A DNA stretch of 61,559 nt, filler included, from Sphacelaria rigidula (lineage: Eukaryota), in NCBI GenBank assembly GCA_964200075.2. It is 8 parts of 8 records of this genome, joined end to end, with 100 filler letters (N's around TTAATTAATTAA, not from the genome) between each part and the next. Parts side by side here need not be neighbours in the genome. Positions count along the whole stretch, not along the records: positions 46,246 to 53,852 come from CAXNAA020014117.1; positions 53,953 to 61,559 come from CAXNAA020014118.1; 6 more parts are not named here. One strand, 5' to 3'. Shown piece by piece: positions 52,430-61,559 of this stretch (its first letter is position 1; every line of letters starts with the position of its first letter). The translations under genes were made by a program, and so were the position numbers. The notes under the pieces were generated by a model. It did no database searches and was not told the DNA's origin. It was given only the letters and a program-made list of their open reading frames with translations.

Positions 52430-52801
52430 ATAGTGTGTGTTGTGTGTTGTGTTGTCGTTCCATTTATTCTGGGCGCTAGTCTGCACCTTTCGGTATATGT
52501 GGGCGCACCAGCCGGGGTCACACAGGAGAAAATTCAACACAGGAGTTCCTTATTTTTTATTTGTTTTTAGGATCCCACCTTCCTTCTGCGGTGATTGCCT
52601 TTATTTTTTATCGCGAGAAGGGTTCAGCAGTCCATTTCCCTCGTCGACCGTTAGGTCGAATTCTGTGCACCCACGACATGGTCGCTCTCCACCGTTGGGC
52701 ATGTTGTGAGAAAAAATCCTAGATCGCTCCAGGAATTGAACCCCACTACTCAACCATCAGAGGGTTTCGAGGTTACCAATTGAGCCACCGGGGCGACCGG
52801 C
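52430..52801 (-). mobile_element. tRNA-derived SINE, full length, in SDE2 intron 2
   Basis: Minus strand: A box TGGCTCAATTGGT, B box GGTTCAATTCC, (CA/CAA)n tail. Confidence 0.9.
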
Positions 52802-52908
52802 TGAAACAGTATTGTATCTAAACTTGTGCATTTTGTACACGTCCTTCGTGCGCAATTTGTTGGTGCCATGTTTGCTGACTCGTGCTTGACGAAAAGTATG
52901 CACCGCTC

Positions 52909-53374
52909 AGACCTACTTTTATGGCTACGGATCTCGATTTGTACAAATATGAGGATTTCAGCCTGTCTACAGGCGATTTTCTCGCGTGGATTGATTTTTT
53001 GGACCCCAGTCCGTTGGGCGATGTATTGCGGCTAGCTGTGAGCAAACCAGATCACTTCTCCGATTCTCTGGACGTTTACTTTTGGTATACCACCTATCTG
53101 CTCAAATCGGGAGACTCCCGCATCTCCCCCGACTTTTTTTTTTTATCGGGGAAAAATCGGGGGAGATGTGGGAGTGTCCCGATTTAAAGGTGATGTATCG
53201 AAAGTCAACGACCAGAAAATCGGAGAATTGATCTGGTTTGCTCACAGCTAGCCGAAAAACATTACCCAACGGACTGGGGTCCGAGAAATCAATCCACGAG
53301 AGAAGACCGCTTATAGACGGGCTGAAATCCCCATATTTGTACAAATCGAGATTCCTTGCCATAAAAGTGGGTCT
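52909..53374. repeat. Long palindrome/fold-back element (~220-bp arms, ~25-nt loop) in SDE2 intron 2
   Basis: AGACCTACTTTTATGGC..CTCGATTTGTACAAATATG... mirrored by ...CATATTTGTACAAATCGAG..GCCATAAAAGTGGGTCT. Confidence 0.93.
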
Positions 53375-53500
53375 CACGCAGATCATTTTCCGTTCAATCT
53401 ACTCCAGCTTTTCATGGTGTGCCTCGCTAGGTCACACATTTTACCTCACCTCTACCTCTCCTTTTTTCCCCCTCTGCCTATCCGACTAACCACACCCCAG

Positions 53501-53741
53501 AGAGGCGGAGCGACGAGGCGAAAAAGTAGAGGAGACGAAGACGCAGTCCGGCATTGAAAACTGGCACTTGGGAGTACCAACGTGGGCAGAGGGGGCGAAA
53601 CCATCGTACATGAAGAACCGCCGCAAGACCGTGTTATGCCAGCAATGGTTGGATGCCCGTAAGGATAGGAAGGCTCCCGATGGCGCACCGCCCTGGTGGG
53701 GTTGTCCCAGGGGCCGCGGATGTGATTTCGCCCACGGCAAA
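53501..53741 (+). CDS. SDE2: SDE2 exon 3, encoding a CCCH-type zinc finger; gene is cut by the contig end
   Basis: CTAAC branch point, cccag acceptor, phase matches exon 2, gtgagt donor; RKTVLC-x21-C-x5-C-x3-HG. Confidence 0.85.
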
Positions 53742-55095
53742 GTGAGTGCTTCAGGTTTAGCGGGTGCTCGCTTTCGCAAGGGAGGGGGTGTACTCATGAT
53801 CATGCATGCCGTAGTCATCAGACCATTGACCTCGCATCCCTACAATGCCGGGNNNNNNNNNNNNNNNNNNNNNNNNNNNNNNNNNNNNNNNNNNNNTTAA
53901 TTAATTAANNNNNNNNNNNNNNNNNNNNNNNNNNNNNNNNNNNNNNNNNNNNGCGAAAACCCGGCGTGCTCCGTCCCGGCTTTGTAGGGATGCGAGGTCA
54001 ATGGTCTGATGACTATGACATGCATGATCATGAGTACACCCCCCCCAAACCCGTGCTCCGTCTCGAAAGGGATGCGTGGTCAATGGTCGAACGACTAAGG
54101 CAGGCAACGAATGAGTACGCCCTCCCCCCCAAAACCATGAGCCACTTTTTGTTTTGGGAGGGGGGGGGGGCTATCCCAGAGAGTGTTCATACCGCCAGTC
54201 AATTATTTTCACCTCTCTTTTGATCGTTTTCTCTCCATTTTCTCGGGTTTCCTCTCTGGCACATTTGTTTATTTTGAAACATCTATCGTGTGGATAATGA
54301 CCACCACTGAATCTCTCGGGGGATCAGTTCATGTGTGACACCTCAATCAATCGATCAATAAATACATCCAAGTGTTGATATAATCCCCGTTTTTTTATCT
54401 CCTCATCTTTCATTTTTTTTTCCAAACTCCCTCCTCCCTCCCTTGGGACGAATCCGTAGGTCTTGACATATCACCAACCTATTTCTACCCGAGTGCGTGC
54501 CTTACTAATAGTACATTTTGGTATCGCGATTTGGACCATGACTATTATAGCGCTCTCGAACCGCGCAGACTTCCGTCACATTTTCTGCGCTACTGAGTCA
54601 TGCTACAATAGGGGACGAGAGCATTCGCTTCCACGAAAAGAAAAGGGCTCATAGGTGTGTTATACGACCTAAACCACTCGCGTTGCGCTTGCATTTTGGT
54701 AAAAATGGTGTCGAGCAGTATAAATGAGCGTCTGTTATCGGTAACAAGTGCGTTCGAACAACCGCTGCTGCTTTCAACGACGATTTGATGTGGAATTTCG
54801 TGGAAGACATGGCCCGAAATACCCCCCCCCCTCCCGACCATAGCACGACTCAGTTTGCCCTAGTTTGGACCCTATTAGGCGATGTTTCAGTGTATGCGTG
54901 CTTTCAGTGTAGACCATCATGTTGAGGTTTTTACAGGGCTCACAGGCCCAAGCGCCGCCCAGGTTACGCGCACCGTGGGCAACATGAGGTTTGGCTCAGG
55001 CACCGATTTGAGCTAAAACAAAGCACACTTTTGCCTGGGGAACAAAAATATATATCCCTCTCGCTCGAGGTATCTTAGGCCGCATTCGGGTGGGG

Positions 55096-55224
55096 TTAGC
55101 CATAGCCTCAGCCTCAGCCTCAGCCTCAGCCTCAGCCTGAGTCTTGGCCCTGGCCTTGGCCTTGGCCTTGGCCTTGGCCTTAGCCCTAGCCTTAGCCTTA
55201 GCGTTAAGCGTCAGCTTCAGCGTT
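55096..55224. repeat. Compound hexamer array (TCAGCC/TTGGCC/TTAGCC)
   Basis: Direct reading; lies within the family D copy. Confidence 0.9.
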
Positions 55225-56045
55225 ACGGTTTCTCGAAATAAAGTGTGTTTCAACCGTTGCTTATTGGCGACTAACTGGGGTAAATGTTGTCTTCTTTGTT
55301 TTATTCTAATTTTTTCATTGCCTGAGAGGAAAACAGAAGAAAAAACAAATAAATGACCAAATCAGCAGGGACAAATACATCGAAGATACAGACATGGAAG
55401 GCGGCTCGTGAGGCGTGAGACAAAGTCTGCTACAACAGGCGGTTAATTTTTTTCGTGTCTGGCCTGTGAGAAATCCACCGTTTTTTGGAGAGTCCATATT
55501 TTGTTTTTTGGAGTAATTTTCCACTCTACGGAAGGCGATATTTTAAGCGCACGTATTAGAGGGGTTCATGGGTGTGTTCCATACACGAGCCCATACCCTT
55601 GTGGTGGGTTTGCATACAACGGGAAACGTTGTCAGGGGCTGTGTAGGCGTGTGTTTATGCTGATACCAGGAGCATTCACGCGTCTTTTTGCTTTGGTTGC
55701 AGCGACACCCGAAAGCGGCTTCGTAGTGCGGAACGTAACTGGGACCCCCCCCCCCCCCCCCCCCCCACACCCCCCCGCACCACCCCTTACCACCCCCACC
55801 ACCCCCCACCCTCCACACCCNNNNNNNNNNTTTTTGCTGTGGTTGCACCGACCCCCAAAAGCGGCCGGGGAGTGCGGCACGGAACGGGGACCCCCCCCAC
55901 TCCCCCCCCCCCCCCCCTCTCTCTCACACGCATTCAACCATACAATCTTTCATCGGCAAAATGCGTCAACATGTCAAACGCCGTCTTGTAATTTGCAAGA
56001 GTTCGTTTGCCGCCGTCACGAAATTCTCCGTCGACTACGCAACAG

Positions 56046-56193
56046 GTACAAAGGTTTGGATGATGACAATTCGGCTTGCGTGTTCGCTTCCGAAACGGCC
56101 GTGGTGCTGCGAAAAGAACGACTCTTTCAAGAGCAGCCGGCATCATTTTCCTTCAGCCTTGTCTTACCGGACAAGCTCACGCCTACGTTTAGG
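56046..56193 (+). CDS. Internal exon, arrestin-fold/Rgp1-like segment; further candidate exons ~56853-56967 and ~57375-57516
   Basis: aacag acceptor, gtgagg donor; CVFASETAVVLRKERL...SFSFSLVLPDKLTPTFR resembles the F.F..LP..LPPSF.G strand of arrestin-N/Rgp1 proteins. Confidence 0.45.
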
Positions 56194-57063
56194 GTGAGGG
56201 CGGCGTTGCTCCTTCCTCCTGCTTCCCTTTCATTTCCTTTCCTTTCACATTCAAAAGTATGACTGTGCTGTAGTATGAACTGTACTGTAACGTAAAGTGT
56301 ACTAGGAACACCTTACATAGTATATATATATAGAATATTTCGAACTCATGAGCGTCGAGCAGACTTGGTAACGAGGCGTCCACGAGATTCAATGCTGATT
56401 TTAGTGTGCAAGTTCCTCCGCACCCGCCCCTGGAGATGGCTGTTCGGGCCAATGCCAATGCTAGGGGTCCGGTCAGCGGATTCTTGCTTTACTTTGTGCG
56501 GGGGTACACATGCGTTTGCGACCGTTCGAACGGACGCGCGATAGCGGTGGTCCTACAATGTTTCTGGCGGGCATGAACGTTTCGAGAGAGGATCTATTCT
56601 CACGAGGGCTTGGCAAGGCAAGAATACCGAGACCCTCGAAAAAGACGGACGGGACCGGGACGTAAATCGTCGAGTATGCGAAGTTTTTATACGATAATTG
56701 CCCGAATATGCGCGAAGCACACGAGAGGAAGGCTGTCTCGGACACCGATTAGTCAGCGGAAACATCACAGGTAAGCCCCATGGCCCTTCATCACCCGATG
56801 GGCGATGAAACAGTCACAGCGGTTTCTTGGAACCATGTGCACGTCTCCTACAGTGACGGGGGTTGTGTATCGTGGAGATGGCACGATATGGTGGTAACGC
56901 CGATACATCGCGACAATGTCGGCTGCTGCTTCGGCGGCAGCCCGAACCAAAACGCCTACCCCGGCTGGTGAGCGCCCCCTTTCTGGAAGCGCAGCCGGAC
57001 CCGGGGGGAAAATTATGCGACTTGGCGTAATGACCATTTCTGCTCAGCAAACGTAGAACACTA

Positions 57064-57321
57064 CAAGGGTCGGACAAATGATGATTCGTCTGGAAATTAC
57101 TTGGTTTTAGTATTATTCGTTCGAATCAATAGTGTTTATCCCTAGGCGTTGTTTTCAGCGTTGCAACCCAGGTACCCGCAGCCCGGACACGTGGAATGGC
57201 GCAAAAGTTGCGTGGATACCTCTTGGACTAGCGGTCAACTTTTTTCTTCTTTTTGGGCAATTAAGGCCGAAGAAATCGTGGAGTTGATGATTCGTAGTCG
57301 TGATGATTCGTCCTAACCGTG
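57064..57321. mobile_element. MITE family B copy
   Basis: CAAGGGTCGGACAAAT...ATTCGTCCTAACCGTG. Confidence 0.8.
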
Positions 57322-58061
57322 CAACAATAGCGAAGCACATCTATGAGGAACATAACGAGCGGCTAGTACATGCAGCAATTGCCCGTTGCGGTGTGGCGAA
57401 TGGGTGCCAGCTGTGCGTGCGGCTGGCAGGACCCTCAGGGTCTAGAAGTGGTTGTGGCTCATGAGACCCGGGCTGTGAGTGAGTGCAATGCGAGTCCGGC
57501 GAAGCTGCAGACGCAGGCGTCGTTACCTACTGCACTATACTATTGGATAGCATTGCACGGTGCCTGCAGGGAGTGCGGAAAGTTGCAGTTTAGATGACAT
57601 TGCCCAGAAGTCATTCCCTGGAGAATGATCTATATATATTGTAGTTGATGCAAAATGATGGCATATAGATGACAAGCGCCGACACAAATACGATATGGTG
57701 TGCACTAGCGTTTGGGCATGATCACCTTCTCTGTATCGGTACACGAAACCCTACTCGTGGGTCAACCAAACGGTTTTTTCAAGCGTTTTTCTTTTCTTTC
57801 CTTCAATTGTGTGTAGTGTCCGCGGAATGTATCTTTCTCACCCCCCCGCGCTTTTTTACAGAAAGTTGTATTTTCTTCAGGCACCGCGCGCCTGATGCGC
57901 TGCACATGATTCAAACGGTCGATCACAGCGGCCGCGCGCACGTGTGTGTTGTCATCCCATCTATTCCGGACACCGGTCTACGCCCTACGGTATATGTGGG
58001 TGGATCAGCCGGAGTCACACGGAAGGAAGGCCAACACAGAAGTGTTTTGTTTTTTTGTTAA

Positions 58062-58179
58062 CCCTTTTGGGTCCCATTTGCGATTTTTTTTATTGTGAAT
58101 CGGCGTCATTTTCATTCATGTTTAAGTCAAAATGATGCCGATTAACAAAAACAAGAATTGTCAGTGGGTTCCCGAAGGG
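58062..58179. mobile_element. piggyBac-type MITE (118 bp, TTAA TSD) nested in a truncated SINE (~57940-58261)
   Basis: TTAA|CCCTT...AAGGG|TTAA, palindromic interior, SINE body resumes on both sides. Confidence 0.85.
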
Positions 58180-60472
58180 TTAAGCAGTATGCCTTACTCC
58201 TGCGGCGCTTGCCTCCCTTTTATCCCGAGAAGGGTCAAGCGGTCCCTGTTCCTCGTCGACCCACCTCCTTTGATACATCTCGCATCTTTTTGCGTGTCAC
58301 GCTTGTTTTTTGCCACGCCTGACGAAAAAAAGAAGGATGAAATGAATCACAAACTATTGTTTTGCCATGTTTGACTTTCAAAACCCATTTGACGCTATCT
58401 TGAATACACCGTATGTTATCATCCATGGAGTTAGTACCATTGATGCAATCATCTGAAATGCTGCCGTAACGGCCAGTAAAACCAGTGCGTCTTCTCTGGA
58501 ATATATAGGGTCGTGGATCATTCATAGATTGATTGATTGACTATCCCACATTAACTGATTCCCTGGGGAACCCCATCTTGGTCATTATCCAGGAGATGAA
58601 CGCCCTCAAGGTGACCAGAAGGGAAAATCTCGCCAAAGACATCTAGGCGTGGATATACGTCATGTATAGTGAACAAGCAAAAGGAAGAGTCTGAGAATCA
58701 AAGACCGAGGCAAACAAAACCAAAGCAAACCTTAGAGGAAAGGGGAAGGCAAACAAAACCAAAAAAAGTAGAAACGAAAAACGCAGCGAAGGCGAGAGAC
58801 ATGTACCCCGTAATTTCATTTCCTCGGCGCATGATGGTTCAAAATGTGAGGATTCGGAGGTACTCTGCAAGATGTTGTGTCAAGGAATCACGTTCATCAC
58901 AAGTCACGTCAGCCTCATCGCTACACCCATTCTGTCCACCCGCTTACTTGAATCCTCATGTTGAAATAATGTGATGTCAGTGCTATTTTGTTCAAGTAAA
59001 CTCACGTTTGGTTTGTCCATCACTACCGTCATCATCCCGAGTTAGTTATCTGGTGTATATCTCCTCTACACCCCTGACATGGGCTAATAAATGTTTGAAA
59101 CCTTCTACGATTCTCTGGAGCTATTCGTGCACCCAAATGCGCGCTTTTTTCCACATACGTCTCCGTCGATTTCCCAAAATGCAATGGATTTTAATCATTC
59201 AGTTCGCCAGGTGCATCCCGTGATGACGCCAATCGTTGGCTCTCGAGAGACTTCAATACGCGTACGCATACATCTTTGGCCAAGGCTGGGGATACCTTGA
59301 CAATCCCCGGATGGCTATGCGAGTTCCCGCCGAAGTGACGGAGACATTTTCTCCAACTATCCCCGTAATCAATTCCATTCAGTGCACGTTCATTGACAGG
59401 TGAAACCCTCTTTTTTCCCTCATGGAGGTTCCGCAGACGTGTGTATCCTACAAGGTTGAGTAAACATGTGGCGCCACACCTTTTTTTTGTGTCCTTCAAA
59501 GCTGTATCGACTTCTATTATAGTAAGCGCTCACGGCGAATTGGCATGCGTGATGAAACTTGCCATTAGCAGGTGCTCCATTCCGACGCGAACGCCAACGG
59601 TAGGCAGCGGACGATGCGTTGCTCTAAAATCCAAAATTTGAAGACCTCTCCCATCGGAATTGCTGCATTACGACCCTCCTCACCCAGCGCTGCTCAATAC
59701 CCCATCCCCAGTTATTGGCATCCGGTGCGATGACTCCACTTCACCGGAACTATTGCATTATACTCCTCACGCAGCTTTGCCAAAAGTACCTCATCCCCAG
59801 TCATGTGATCTTCGTTCTGGTATCTCCCGAACATGAACCCTCTGCCTGTGAAAAAACAAATCATGAAGTCATGTAGCAACGGTATACTTGCGTCGAAATA
59901 CTCGGTAACAGTAGTGCTTAGCCCCCGCGCCGTGAGTCCCGAACAACTCGGAGAACCAGTCTAGACAAATAAGTTACTGCTCGAGTTCACAACACTGTAG
60001 TTATCGGGATCTTTCGAGAGCATCTTTATGTTCCTCTTGGTATCGGTTCCCTGGTTTCCGACTCTACACTTTCGCTTGGGGGGGTTATGGATGTCGAAAC
60101 AACTTGAGGCTGTACTCTCCTTGTAATGTTTTCCAGGCGGAGCATATGGTCCTCGGGTGTAAAAAGAGTACTGTCTGTGATATTGCCGTCAAACGTTTCC
60201 GAAAACAATCAGTTTGTCAGTTTCTCTCGAACGTGATCCGCACAATTGTTTTTTATTATTACACCAACGAGTACTTTCGCCGTCATATCAGCAATCGTGA
60301 ATAGACACCATGCCCCCTCTCTCTCCTTCCGTCCCCTCTCCCCCTCTCTCTCCCCATGTTTAGATATTGTTTCTAGCTTTTTTTTCATGTTGCTATTTTT
60401 TTGTATTCAGCTTATTGTGTTTTAGTTGTCGAGAGTTTCCGAACATTTCCCCGAAGCAAGCAATGAGTTTTG

Positions 60473-60677
60473 CAAGGGTAGGTCGGGTAGGGTACACTCC
60501 ATTGCGAGATATTTTGAAAGTCGTGCTTTTAGTACTTAAATTGGGTTAGGGTTATCAGGAGTCGTACCCAAAAAGTAACTGCAGAGAGACCCCTGACACC
60601 CTACCCCAATATATGTACTCTGAGTACGACTTTAAAAATACCCCGCAATTGAGTATTACCTACTTGACCTGCCCTTG
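60473..60677. repeat. Imperfect fold-back element (~85-bp arms)
   Basis: CAAGGGTAGGTCGGGTAGG..ATTGCG..AAAGTCGT vs ACGACTTT..CGCAAT..CCTACTTGACCTGCCCTTG. Confidence 0.78.
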
Positions 60678-60723
60678 GAGTTGCGCTTCTCTCATCCCGC
60701 CGTCCATTTCACTGGTACAGTGA

Positions 60724-61499
60724 GGGGCCCGATATAGTGCGGGTATGTGCCTCGAGGTAAAACCCGCACTATAGCGGGCATGTGCACTATTTAAAATTGG
60801 GCCTGAATAGTGCGCTTTCCCGTACTAATGACGATATCACTTGTTTAAATTATAGGAAACAGCCAACAGCACGGTGTATGTACGCAAACAAGGTGTTGAA
60901 TCCTGCGTCTGCTCGTGGTGAGAATAGGACAGCATGTCGCAACGACGAATCCGCATCCTGAACCTGAGTAAACATTGTACGAGTAGTTGAGTACCGTACA
61001 GTACTTCGTTCATGGCATGTTCGCACGCTGGGCGTACCAACTGGCTGCGTGTGCAAGGTCCCATGAGTTTTTCAGTCTGCTTTCGCATCCACTTGTTGAC
61101 TACGAAAATAATCACAGGGATTCACCATATAATTCAGGCTACACACGAAACCTAAACCGGCCCAACGGAACGCTGACTTCAACACGACCCAGACACCTTC
61201 GGAAAAAAAAACTCGGCAAGCGAGAAGGATCCATCCCGAAAGTCCCTACTCCTCGCACACTCTACCTCTGTTGCTCCAAGAAAACGGCATCGAGGTCGGC
61301 CTGAATGCACGAAGAAAACTGCGCTAACCCATTTACCACACGCGGAAGTCAGGCACCCGCTAGACCCGGCCAAAAAAAAACCCGACAGCAGTAACTTCTA
61401 TGCGTGCGGCAAAACGCAATTCGCTCTACGCGTAAAAAAACTGTACCTGTACTCTGTATCGGGCACGCGCACGATATAACCCGCACTATATCGCCCCCC
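60724..61499. mobile_element. Possible TIR element (CGATATAGTGCGGGT / ACCCGCACTATATCG)
   Basis: Inverted 15-mer at 60730 and ~61480, with subterminal GCACTAT repeats. Confidence 0.5.
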
Positions 61500-61559
61500 C
61501 CCCCCTCCCCACCAGCACCAAGCATCCTCCACAGGCGTTAAACACAAAGCACCTACTCC

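Noticed and set aside
40210-53741. PNO1 and SDE2 as a linked divergent RNA-processing gene pair
   Set aside because: They lie on different contigs joined by an artificial linker (46146-46245)
53784-54040. Family E copies forming one TIR element across the gap
   Set aside because: Adjacency is artificial; the inverted orientation is coincidental
55685-55920. Duplicated segment around the 10-N gap and the 253-aa ORF 55501-56262
   Set aside because: Looks like a low-quality re-read next to poly-C; the ORF runs through Ns and homopolymers

Overview
Eukaryotic, intron-rich, repeat-dense DNA. The gene style and repeat types suggest a brown alga or another photosynthetic stramenopile (inference). 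The window is not a contiguous locus. Seven identical 100-nt N44-TTAATTAATTAA-N44 linkers separate eight contigs of 7608, 7608, 7608, 7607, 7607, 7607, 7607 and 7607 bp, i.e. size-sorted unplaced contigs, so nothing should be linked across gaps. Recognisable content: (1) a degenerate Ty1/copia retrotransposon (~7-4335, minus) interrupted by a MITE; (2) three exons of PNO1/DIM2 (minus, 45873-40210); (3) three exons of an SDE2-family gene (plus, 48710-53741) whose third exon adds an unusual CCCH zinc finger; (4) a putative divergent gene starting about 500 bp upstream of SDE2; (5) exon chains of several unidentified genes; (6) many non-autonomous elements (tRNA-derived SINEs, LINE 3' fragments, TTAA/piggyBac-type, TA/mariner-type and 4-bp-TSD MITEs, long fold-back palindromes). 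Both recognised genes appear to need a GC-AG intron. I see no CRISPR array, rRNA, intact tRNA or clear novel multi-gene system. The best leads are the SDE2-CCCH architecture, the GC donors and the long hairpins.
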